Source: Acidimicrobiia bacterium
Lineage (GTDB): Bacteria; Actinomycetota; Acidimicrobiia; Acidimicrobiales; Poriferisodalaceae
DNA: 64,000 bases
Direction: 5' to 3'
NCBI GenBank assembly: GCA_012960315.1
Contig: DUBN01000073.1
Location: 5,174-69,173, forward strand
In this document: piece after piece, positions 1 through 8,677 of the stretch
Layout of the letters: the number at the start of each line of letters is the position of its first letter
Numbering within the stretch: position 1 is the stretch's first letter
Notes under the pieces: generated by a model
Databases searched by the model: none
What the model saw: the letters and a program-made list of their open reading frames with translations, nothing else
Told to the model about the DNA's origin: nothing
Program-made: the position numbers and the translations under genes

Positions 1-1665
1 CACCAGTTGCTGCGAATGATCAATGACAGCAAAGGGGTGCGTCCGGATCGCCCCTTCTTCGCCTATCTGCCGTTCGGAGCCACACACGCCCCCCACCAAG
101 CGCCCGAGTATTACCTCAGGAAGTATCGAGGCCGATACGACGAAGGATGGGACGTCGTTCGGCAACGTTGGTACGAACGACAGCTTGAACTTGGGGTCAC
201 CTCGCCAAGCACGCAACTTGCACCCAGGAACCCCGGGGTTGAACCTTGGGAAGAGCTACCGTCCACTCACCGTGAATTTGCCTGCCGACTCCAAGAAGCT
301 TTCGCCGCTTTTCTCGACCACACCGACGACCAAATAGGTGTCTTTGTTGATGGACTCCGCTCAATGGGTCAATTAGAAAACACCATCTTTGTCTTCCTCG
401 CCGACAACGGAGCTTCACAAGAAGGCGGCCCGTTCGGCGTAATGCACGAAATGAAATTCTTCAACGGTGTTTTCGACTCTCCTGAAGACCTCATCGACCA
501 GATTGAAGAAATCGGTGGACCTCACAGCCATACCAACTACCCATGGGGTTGGGCCCAGTGTGGCAATGCCCCATTCAAGTGGTACAAGCAAAACACTCAT
601 GAAGGTGGCGTACACGTCCCACTGATCTTTCATTGGCCTGCAGGCATCGATCACGAACAGGACGGGACATTGCGTAGGCAATTCGTCAACGTCTCAGATA
701 TAACGCCAACTATTTACGAACTTCTGGGGATCGCCGCACCCGACACTTACAACGGGCTTGAACAACTGCCCGTCACTGGGTCGTCGTTCGCTTCAATCCT
801 CAACGCTCCTGATGCCCCAGCAACCAACACGCTTCAGTACTTCGAACAATTCGGTTCGCGGGCCCTCATCGCAGAGGACAGCGGGACATGGTGGAAGGCA
901 GTAACGCGGCACATCAAAGGACAACCATTCGAGGAAGACCGTTGGGAGCTATACAACCTCTCTGAAGACCAATCTGAATGTAATGACCTCGCAGACACAG
1001 AACCAGACCAGCTCGAACTATTAATCGACCGGTGGTGGGAAGAAGCAAAAATCCATGGCGTTCTTCCACTAGACGACCGCACGATCGAACTCTTTGGTTC
1101 ACGCCTTGACGATCACTCACCGCACCCCACTCATCGGCGGTACCGCTATCAGCCACCGATGTCTCCGATACCAGCTCAGGCCGCACCATCGCCTTCGGGT
1201 CGACTATGGGACATGACTGCACGGATCAGCTGTGGAGAAAACGACGAAGGAGTGCTCTACGCGACAGGTAACGAAAACTCGGGATTAACGGTGTTTGTTC
1301 AAAACTCCCGTTTGGTAGTTGACTACAACGCCTTCAACGATCACTCCATCGTTGAATCGGAAATCAAGGTACCGCCAGGTGAAAGTGTGTTGTCCGTCAA
1401 GGTTGCGCGTACGAGCTCCACGACCGGACGAATCGACCTTGCCGTGGGCGAAACCGTCTGCGGGACGATCGAATTGCCGTTCATGATGAGAATGATTAGC
1501 TCGATTGGAGCGAGCGTCGGGCGAGACCATGGTTCAGCGGTCTCAGCCAGATACACAGCGCCATATGAATTCACTGGCGAGCTGCATGAACTCGTTATCG
1601 AACTAGGTAAAAGAACGGCTACCGAGACGCAGACAACCGCTAAGGCCGAAATGTCTCGTCAATGA
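1..1665 (+). CDS. Type I (arylsulfatase-family) sulfatase, 5' end cut by window edge
   Basis: Frame 1 is open from nt 1 (track ORF 7..1665). The translation carries sulfatase-family blocks FFAYLPFGATHAPHQAPEYY, NTIFVFLADNGASQEGG and HTNYPWGWAQCGNAPFKWYKQNTHEGGVHVPLIFHWP. The FGly (C/S-x-P-x-R) block would lie upstream of the window. Stop TGA 1663-1665. Confidence 0.85.
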   Translation, partial: HQLLRMINDSKGVRPDRPFFAYLPFGATHAPHQAPEYYLRKYRGRYDEGWDVVRQRWYERQLELGVTSPSTQLAPRNPGVEPWEELPSTHREFACRLQEAFAAFLDHTDDQIGVFVDGLRSMGQLENTIFVFLADNGASQEGGPFGVMHEMKFFNGVFDSPEDLIDQIEEIGGPHSHTNYPWGWAQCGNAPFKWYKQNTHEGGVHVPLIFHWPAGIDHEQDGTLRRQFVNVSDITPTIYELLGIAAPDTYNGLEQLPVTGSSFASILNAPDAPATNTLQYFEQFGSRALIAEDSGTWWKAVTRHIKGQPFEEDRWELYNLSEDQSECNDLADTEPDQLELLIDRWWEEAKIHGVLPLDDRTIELFGSRLDDHSPHPTHRRYRYQPPMSPIPAQAAPSPSGRLWDMTARISCGENDEGVLYATGNENSGLTVFVQNSRLVVDYNAFNDHSIVESEIKVPPGESVLSVKVARTSSTTGRIDLAVGETVCGTIELPFMMRMISSIGASVGRDHGSAVSARYTAPYEFTGELHELVIELGKRTATETQTTAKAEMSRQ

Positions 1666-1755
1666 ACGAGCCGAAACCTGTGTTACTGGGTTTGAAGAGG
1701 CGAGAGCGTTGTTCTGAGACGGACCGATGACTAGATACAAAAATGAGAGGTGCTG

Positions 1756-2172
1756 ATGGAAGTCACTAATGAAGTGCTGCCAACTAGTACAGAACGCATG
1801 AAGGAGATGATGCAACCCGGTCCTGAAGGACCGATCTACATGGTGAATTTGTTGAAATTCAAGGACCGTGCGCAATACGAAGATAACCGTCGAAGCGAAC
1901 TCACCGGACGGGAGGCCTATCAATTGTACGGACAAGCTGTCTTAAAGTTGATCGGCGAATACGGAGGGGAAATAGTTTTCCATGCCGATGTCACCTTCCT
2001 GGCCCTTGGGCAAGTGGAAGAACTATGGGACGAGGTTGCGATAGCAAAATATCCGAATCGGGCGGCACTGCTCGCCATGAGCTCATCTCAGGAGTGGAGA
2101 GACGCAGCGGTGCATCGCACTGCGGGACTTGCCGGGCAACTCAACATAGAATCGGTTTCTCCACACTGGTAG
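1756..2172 (+). CDS. DUF1330-family small alpha+beta protein
   Basis: ATG 1756 lies 5 nt after GAGAGG (1745-1750); the longest ORF starts at GTG 1750. DUF1330-like pattern: IYMVNLLKFKD, YGGEIVFHADV, WDEVAIAKYPNRAALLAMSSSQEWRDAAVHR. There is a 22-nt gap to the next gene. Confidence 0.6.
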   Translation: MEVTNEVLPTSTERMKEMMQPGPEGPIYMVNLLKFKDRAQYEDNRRSELTGREAYQLYGQAVLKLIGEYGGEIVFHADVTFLALGQVEELWDEVAIAKYPNRAALLAMSSSQEWRDAAVHRTAGLAGQLNIESVSPHW

Positions 2173-2194
2173 TCCGACGGCGTCGGGGGACGCG

Positions 2195-3706
2195 ATGACT
2201 CGACCCGACCGCAGACGGCGGGGACGCACAGCAGCAGAAACAAGGCGCGAAACGTCGCCGAACCCGGCCCCTCCAGGCCTCACAGGAGGCCGCTATCAGC
2301 CGCTTGCCATTCCACAAGTCAACGAAATAGTCGACGGAACGTACACCCTGTTGGAAACGGTGGGTGTGAGCGAAGCACCCGACTTTGTAATTGACCTCGT
2401 CGTCGAGGCTGGCGGACAGGTGGTCAACGGAAGGCTGCTGTACCCGCGCGAACTAGTCCAATCTTTGGTCGAGCAGGCGCCGTCAGGTTTCGTCCTTTGC
2501 GGTAGAGACAGCAAGTACGACTTAGATCTCTCCGCACACCGTGTCCACCTAGGAACTGGAGGCGCGGCACCGATGATTATCGACATCAACAACGGCCAGT
2601 ACCGCCCTTCCACCCTTCGAGATCTCTACGACGTAGCTCGGCTTGTTGAAGGTTTGCAACATATCCACTTTCTGAGCCGGCCTCTTGTCGCAGGAGACAT
2701 GCCCGATGAGGAAACACTTGACATAAACACTGCCTACGCATGCCTAGCCGCAACTAGGAAACATGTCGCCACTAGCGCCACGAACGGCGCGACAGCAGCA
2801 GAGGTCGCGGAACTGTGTTTCGAGATAGCGGGATCTCAAGAGTTGTTTATTCAACGTCCGTTTCTCTCATTTAACGTCAACCACGTCACGCCGCCCTTGC
2901 GGATGAGTGAACATGCAATGGAGGTGCTTCGCGTCGCAGCGCAACTCGGAATCCCCGCACATGCAAATGTGTTTGGCCAAGTCGGTGCTTCGTCTCCGGC
3001 TGGGCTTGGTGCTGCGATCAGCCAGGCCATGGCAGAAGCATTGGCGGGAATGGTCTTCAGCTGGCTTGTAAATCCTTCAGCCAAGGTAATTTGTGGACCT
3101 GAGCCAATGATCGTCGACTTACGTACCGGAGGTATGAGCGGCGGCGGGGGCGAACAAGCATTGGTGATGGCCGCTGCGACACAAGTTGCTCGATCACTGG
3201 GTCTGCCCAATCGGTCGATTGCTGGGGCCAGCGACGCTAAAACCTCCGATGTCCAAAGTGGAGCAGAAAAGGCTTTAACCGTAACATTGGCCGCTCAGGC
3301 GGGTAGCAATCTGGTCACACAAGCTTGCGGGATGCAGGCCGCACTTATGGCTGCCTCATTCGAAAGCTACGTTGTTGACAACGACATGCTCGGTTCCATC
3401 ATGAGCTCCTTGCGGCCGGTAGAGACTGAAGAAATCGATCCGGCAATGATTCACGAAGTAGTTGCGGGGGCCGGACATTTCTTAGGTGAATCCGACACAC
3501 TCAAGAGGATGACCACCGACTTCGTCTATCCGAGCGTGGCGGATCGAACAGACTTCAAGCTCTGGGAGCAAACCGGACGTCCCACGCAACTCGACACGGC
3601 TCGGAGCGAAGTGGAGCGGATTCTGAAGGAACACCCGGGTTGTTTCTTTGAAGACAGTCTTGACCAAAGAATTCGTTCGCGGTTCGACATCCGACTTAAC
3701 TGGTAA
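2195..3706 (+). CDS. Trimethylamine methyltransferase (MttB) superfamily protein, non-pyrrolysine type (quaternary-amine methyltransferase-like)
   Basis: ATG 2195 is preceded by GGGGGA (2184-2189). The product is 503 aa with an Arg-rich N terminus (RPDRRRRGRTAAETRRE). Length and sequence pattern match what I recall for non-Pyl MttB homologues. No in-frame TAG. Recognition is by recall, not by search. Confidence 0.72.
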   Translation: MTRPDRRRRGRTAAETRRETSPNPAPPGLTGGRYQPLAIPQVNEIVDGTYTLLETVGVSEAPDFVIDLVVEAGGQVVNGRLLYPRELVQSLVEQAPSGFVLCGRDSKYDLDLSAHRVHLGTGGAAPMIIDINNGQYRPSTLRDLYDVARLVEGLQHIHFLSRPLVAGDMPDEETLDINTAYACLAATRKHVATSATNGATAAEVAELCFEIAGSQELFIQRPFLSFNVNHVTPPLRMSEHAMEVLRVAAQLGIPAHANVFGQVGASSPAGLGAAISQAMAEALAGMVFSWLVNPSAKVICGPEPMIVDLRTGGMSGGGGEQALVMAAATQVARSLGLPNRSIAGASDAKTSDVQSGAEKALTVTLAAQAGSNLVTQACGMQAALMAASFESYVVDNDMLGSIMSSLRPVETEEIDPAMIHEVVAGAGHFLGESDTLKRMTTDFVYPSVADRTDFKLWEQTGRPTQLDTARSEVERILKEHPGCFFEDSLDQRIRSRFDIRLNW

Positions 3707-3727
3707 AGGTCTGCTGGGAGGGGGTTC

Positions 3728-5773
3728 GTGGTGTTTCGACTAGGCGCTGCGTTACGTCGTCTTAGTTGGATGGTGTGGCCAGCAGCCTTGCTTGTCACTC
3801 AACAGCTGCTGTTCCCTGCCCCTGCAGGGTCGTTCGTCTCTGGGCTAGTACTCGGCAGTATCACCTCCCTAGTAGCAGTGGCTATGTACCTCGTCTACCG
3901 GGTAAACAACGTTCTGAATTTCGCGGCCGGGGAACTGGGACTGCTTCCTGCCGTTTTCGCGATGTTGTTGATATTGGAATCAGGTTGGAATTGGTACTTG
4001 TCTTTCTTTTTAGCTCTGCTGTGTGCGGCAGTCATTGGAGTGGCCACCGAGTTCCTTATCGTCAGGCGGTTCTTTCAATCACCGCGGCTTGTGTTGACGG
4101 TGGCCACTTTGGGAATTGGTGAACTATTAGCAGTGTTTGCGTTATATCTTCCTGCCTGGTGGGACAGTTATCTCCAATCGCAGCGCCTTCAAGCACCTTT
4201 CAGTTTTCGATTCGATATTGGGAGTCGGGTTTTCGATGCCGACCATTTACTTGCTCTTGTTCTTGGGCCTGCGGCGATGGTGGCTCTTGTGCTGGTGTTG
4301 CGATGGACGCGCATCGGGATTGCCATCAGGGCTTCGGCTGAGCTGCCAAGCAGGGCGGGTCTATTAGGTATTCCGGTGAAAGCCGTCAGCAGCATTGTGT
4401 GGGGGATAGCAGCGGTGTTTGCGTTTCTCGCTCTGTTCCTTCGATCAGGCGTTTATGGCTTACCGATAGGAGGATCACTTGGTTTGCTGCTCCTGTTGCG
4501 GGCGCTGGCAGCGCTCACTTTGGGACGACTGGATCACCTGCCGACCATTATTGGCGTGTCCTTTGCACTTGGTGTTCTGCAAGAAGGAATTGTCTGGAAT
4601 TCTCAAGCCAACGAAGCCGAAGCCAAAATGGCAGCATTAACTGGCTTGGCGATTGTCCTTGGATTGGTATTTCGCCGCAGTCGTGGATTCCGTTCTGCGC
4701 TCGATGTGACTAGCTGGCAGGCAGTTGGACATGCTCGACCTATCCCACGGGTGTTCCTTCAGATACCGGGCATTCAAGTCGCTCGTGGAGTGGTCTTTCT
4801 AGTCATCGTGATCTTCTTTGCCGGATTTCCGTATTGGGGTGTTTTCGATACCACGGTCGTGGTACGGATGGGATTGGTGCTTCTGTATGCGGTCATCATG
4901 CTTTCGTTAGGGGTGCTCACCGGGTGGTCGGGGCAATTATCTTTGGGTCAAATGGCTTTTGCGGCAGTTGGTGGCGCGACCGGTGCGTGGTTGACGCAAA
5001 AAGCTGGGGTTGGCTTTGTTGCGGCGACGGCATTGGCGGGGTGTCTGGGGGCATTGTTTTCTTTGGTCGTGGGAATTCCAGCGCTGCGAATGCGTGGCAC
5101 ATATTTGGCTGTCACCACCCTGGCCCTTGAACTCACCACGGTTCAGTATTTTTTGAACCCTCAGTTCTTTAGTTGGGTGCCGGTGGAACGGATTACCCGG
5201 CCGCCGTTGTTCGGCACAATCAACTGGGAGAGTTCCCAAGCAGCGTATTACGTGTGCCTTGTGACTCTAACGATCGCATGTGTAGCTGTCGCCGGACTAA
5301 AGAATGGGCGTATTGGGCGCGTCTTGGTCGCGTTAAGAGACAATGAAATTGCGGCTGAGGCATATGGGGCGCGAGCCTCACAACTAAAATTGGTGGCATT
5401 CGCAATTTCTGGTTTTCTTGCGGCCGTTGCTGGTTCGGTGATCGCCCACCACCAGCAAGCGTTCAATGTGACCCCAGCTGGATTCAGCATTGTGGTGTTT
5501 ATGGGGGCTGTCGTGGGTGGACTGGGGTCGATCAGCGGGGCAATTATCGGCTCCCTGTTCTGGAACGGGTCTTGGTATTGGCTTCAAGGGTCGTGGAGGT
5601 TGCTGGCAACTGGAACAGGTGTGCTTGTAGTGCTCCTCATTGCTCCAGCAGGCATAGTCGGGTTGTGGGCTGATTTGAGGAATCTTGCCTTAAGAAAGTT
5701 GGGTGCTCGTTTTGGACTTCAAGAAACGGATTCGGCTGAGGACTTGTTAGGAAACGAGGACTTGGAACGATGA
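3728..5773 (+). CDS. Fused LivH-like + LivM-like permease of a branched-chain-amino-acid-type (HAAT) ABC importer
   Basis: 681 aa, polytopic. The N half has the LivH pattern (YRVNNVLNFAAGELG). The C half has the LivM pattern (GWSGQLSLGQMAFAAVGGATGAWL). GGGAGGGGG lies just upstream of GTG 3728/3731. Stop TGA 5771-5773 overlaps the next start (ATGA). Confidence 0.85.
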   Translation: MVFRLGAALRRLSWMVWPAALLVTQQLLFPAPAGSFVSGLVLGSITSLVAVAMYLVYRVNNVLNFAAGELGLLPAVFAMLLILESGWNWYLSFFLALLCAAVIGVATEFLIVRRFFQSPRLVLTVATLGIGELLAVFALYLPAWWDSYLQSQRLQAPFSFRFDIGSRVFDADHLLALVLGPAAMVALVLVLRWTRIGIAIRASAELPSRAGLLGIPVKAVSSIVWGIAAVFAFLALFLRSGVYGLPIGGSLGLLLLLRALAALTLGRLDHLPTIIGVSFALGVLQEGIVWNSQANEAEAKMAALTGLAIVLGLVFRRSRGFRSALDVTSWQAVGHARPIPRVFLQIPGIQVARGVVFLVIVIFFAGFPYWGVFDTTVVVRMGLVLLYAVIMLSLGVLTGWSGQLSLGQMAFAAVGGATGAWLTQKAGVGFVAATALAGCLGALFSLVVGIPALRMRGTYLAVTTLALELTTVQYFLNPQFFSWVPVERITRPPLFGTINWESSQAAYYVCLVTLTIACVAVAGLKNGRIGRVLVALRDNEIAAEAYGARASQLKLVAFAISGFLAAVAGSVIAHHQQAFNVTPAGFSIVVFMGAVVGGLGSISGAIIGSLFWNGSWYWLQGSWRLLATGTGVLVVLLIAPAGIVGLWADLRNLALRKLGARFGLQETDSAEDLLGNEDLER

Positions 5774-8652
5774 AGGGCAAGCCGAGCATCATGCGAAGGA
5801 TCGCAGGGGAAGGGCCTATAGGCGCGCTCCTGATCATCTTCGGTCTTAATGCGGTAGATGAACTTGATCGGAGCGCCTTTGCGATCTTGGCGCCTGAAAT
5901 ACGGGACGAGTTTCAGTTGGGTTTCACTGGTCTACTCACTTTCATAGCTTTCGTCGTAGCGTTCTCTCTTTCGTTGCAGGTACCTATCGCTGCTTTGGCA
6001 GATCGGGCGCCCCGGGTGAGGTTGGCCTTAATCGGCGCAACTTTATGGGCTTGCTTTTCGTTTGGGACCGGTCTGGCGGCCGGCGTCATCACTCTCGCTG
6101 TCGCCCGGAGCGGATCCGCTATCGGCAAAGCCGTTAACGATCCGACACACAACTCGCTGATAGCGGACTGGTTCGCACCTAAGGATCGACCCCGGGCCTA
6201 CGCTTTTCATCGCGCAGCTAACGCTGTGGGAGCAACGCTGGGTCCGCTGCTAGCGGGCTTTACCGCGTACTACTGGGGGTGGCGTACACCTTTTTTGTTG
6301 TTTGCCGTCCCAACACTGCTTGTCGTGGTGATGGGGTTGAAGTTGCGAGAACCGGTCAGGGGTTCACATGAGCGACGTCTTGCAGGAGGTGACGCATTGG
6401 CAGTGGCGACGGAAGAAGCGCCACCGTCTATCTCTGAAGCATGGCGCATGTGTTGGAAAATTGAGTCTCTTCGCCGGATATTTGCCGCGACTCCTTTTTT
6501 GGCGGCCTCGCTGATTGGCTTTGGCACCTTGGCGGGACTGCTTTATGAGGAGGCATATGGGCTCGATGAACGCGCTCGCGGGATTGTCGCCGCGGCATCA
6601 GAACCTGGCCAGCTCATTGGTTTAATTATTGGTGCCCAGGTCGCGTCTCGAGTAGTTGAACGCGACCCCGGACGCATCTTGCGGTACTTAGCTGTTGTTT
6701 CCAGTGTCACCGCTGTCCTTTCGGGAATTTTCGCGGTGGTACCAAACCTGGGTGTTGCGATCGCTGCCAATGTACTCATAGCGCTATGTCTGGCCATCGT
6801 TGGACCCGGAATCATTGCTGCCCTGTCACTTGCAATTCCACCGCGAGCTCGATCTGTCGGATTCTCCATGGGATCGCTGTGGGTTCTTCCAGGCCTTCTC
6901 ATACTTCCTTTTATTGGATGGATCGCGGACAACTGGGGGATACGAGCAGGAATGGTGATGATGGTTCCTGTGTTTTTTATTGGAGGTCTTGTGATCGCAA
7001 GCGGCGCGAATGTCATCGGCCGCGACGTGGAGCAAGTACGAAAAACAGCTTTGGCAAGGTCTGAAGTTTTTCAAGAACGACGAAACGGCCGCGTCAAATT
7101 GCTGCTGTGTCAGGACCTCCAAGTTAGTTACGACGGAATTCAAGTTCTTCACGACGTGAACTTCGAAGTGGAGGAAGGTGAAATCGTTGCGCTCTTAGGA
7201 ACGAACGGATCAGGAAAGTCGACATTGCTCCGCGCTATTTCAGGCGTAGTGGCGGCGGATCATGGTGCGGTGATCTTTGATGGACGGGACACTACCTTCG
7301 CCCCACCTAACGAGATAGCGAGGCTTGGGATCATTCAAATGCCTGGAGACGCCGGGGTTTTTCCGAGCCTGACTGTCGCAGAAAATCTGGAAGCGGCTGG
7401 TTGGATACGCCGAGGAGATCAAGCTGACCTTCAATCGGACCAACAACAAATACTTCAAACCTTTCCTGAACTTCGCGATCGTAAAGAATCGGTGGCCGCA
7501 GACCTCTCCGGAGGACAGCAACAGATGCTCGCATTGAGTATGACGCTGCTCACCCGTCCCCGGCTTCTAATGATTGATGAGCTGTCTCTGGGGTTGGCAC
7601 CCGTGGTCGTGGAGCGGCTTCTTCGGATGGTTCGAGACATAGCCGCATCGGGGGTCAGCATTGTTCTAGTTGAACAATCCGCCAATCTTGCGTTGGACAT
7701 CGCGGACACGGCTTACTTTCTTGAACGGGGGAGGGTGCGCTTTCGCGGGCCTGCGGAAGAACTTCGGGAGCGGGCTGACCTGTTGCGCGCCGTGTTTCTC
7801 GCTGAGCCCTCTTCTTCGGCAACCAGGGTGAAGCCAGTAACGATAGATGATGAACAACCTCCGGTTCTAGAAGTTCGGTCGCTTACTCGTCACTTTGGAG
7901 GAATTCGGGCGGTCGACAACGTCTCCTTTAGAGTGCACTCAAACGAGGTGGTCGCGTTCATCGGACCTAACGGCGCAGGCAAAACAACCCTTTTCGACTT
8001 GATCGGAGGATCCACACCCATTGAGCGAGGCCAAGTTTTCTTGGTTGGACAGGACATCACCAGGCATGCTTCGAGCGGGCGGGCCCGCCATGGCTTGGGC
8101 AGAAGCTTTCAAAACGCGCGCCTGTTTCCGACACTGACGGTGAAGGAAACCCTCGCCGTGTCGCTAGAACGCTGGATTCGATGGGGTGATCCAGTGACTG
8201 CAGCGCTGCACCTGCCGATGGCTTATGACAGCGAGCAACGAATCGACCACCGAGTGGAGGAAGTGATAGCCCAATTTGGTCTCGATTCGTTTGCCCACAA
8301 GCTCGTCGCTGAACTGTCAACAGGAACTCGGAGGATCGTGGATCTTGCCTGTGTAGCGGCTCATCAACCCTCCGTTATCTTGTTGGACGAACCCTCAAGT
8401 GGAATAGCTCAAAGCGAAGTTGAAGCCTTGGGTGGAATTCTTCTCCAAATGAGGCAAGAACTGAATGCCGCGTTGATGGTCATCGAACATGATGTGACGC
8501 TCGTCGCCGAAATAGCGGACCGAGTAATTGCACTAGACGGGGGCAGCGTCATCGCCGAAGGAACCGCCCAACAGGTCTTCGACGATGATCAGGTCATCAC
8601 CGCCTATCTCGGCCATTCTGAGGCGGCGTTGAAGCGATCTGGTCGCAGCTAA
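5770..8652 (+). CDS. Triple fusion: N-terminal MFS-type membrane domain + LivF-like ABC ATPase + LivG-like ABC ATPase
   Basis: Single 960-codon ORF. Residues ~1-425 are MFS-like (IAALADRAPRVRLALIG loop, GATLGPLLAGF, WRTPFLLF). NBD1 (~nt 7090-7800) has GTNGSGKST, LSGGQQQMLAL and LLMIDELSLGLAP. NBD2 (~nt 7867-8620) has GPNGAGKTT, LSTGTRRIVDL, ILLDEPSSGIA and the terminal VITAYLG. Confidence 0.85.
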   Translation: MKGKPSIMRRIAGEGPIGALLIIFGLNAVDELDRSAFAILAPEIRDEFQLGFTGLLTFIAFVVAFSLSLQVPIAALADRAPRVRLALIGATLWACFSFGTGLAAGVITLAVARSGSAIGKAVNDPTHNSLIADWFAPKDRPRAYAFHRAANAVGATLGPLLAGFTAYYWGWRTPFLLFAVPTLLVVVMGLKLREPVRGSHERRLAGGDALAVATEEAPPSISEAWRMCWKIESLRRIFAATPFLAASLIGFGTLAGLLYEEAYGLDERARGIVAAASEPGQLIGLIIGAQVASRVVERDPGRILRYLAVVSSVTAVLSGIFAVVPNLGVAIAANVLIALCLAIVGPGIIAALSLAIPPRARSVGFSMGSLWVLPGLLILPFIGWIADNWGIRAGMVMMVPVFFIGGLVIASGANVIGRDVEQVRKTALARSEVFQERRNGRVKLLLCQDLQVSYDGIQVLHDVNFEVEEGEIVALLGTNGSGKSTLLRAISGVVAADHGAVIFDGRDTTFAPPNEIARLGIIQMPGDAGVFPSLTVAENLEAAGWIRRGDQADLQSDQQQILQTFPELRDRKESVAADLSGGQQQMLALSMTLLTRPRLLMIDELSLGLAPVVVERLLRMVRDIAASGVSIVLVEQSANLALDIADTAYFLERGRVRFRGPAEELRERADLLRAVFLAEPSSSATRVKPVTIDDEQPPVLEVRSLTRHFGGIRAVDNVSFRVHSNEVVAFIGPNGAGKTTLFDLIGGSTPIERGQVFLVGQDITRHASSGRARHGLGRSFQNARLFPTLTVKETLAVSLERWIRWGDPVTAALHLPMAYDSEQRIDHRVEEVIAQFGLDSFAHKLVAELSTGTRRIVDLACVAAHQPSVILLDEPSSGIAQSEVEALGGILLQMRQELNAALMVIEHDVTLVAEIADRVIALDGGSVIAEGTAQQVFDDDQVITAYLGHSEAALKRSGRS

Positions 8653-8677
8653 TCAGATGGCATGACAACCTGATGAG

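Noticed and set aside
2195-3706. A possible pyrrolysine (in-frame TAG) in the MttB-family gene.
   Set aside because: The ORF is continuous with no internal TAG, and no pyl genes were seen, so this is a non-Pyl family member.
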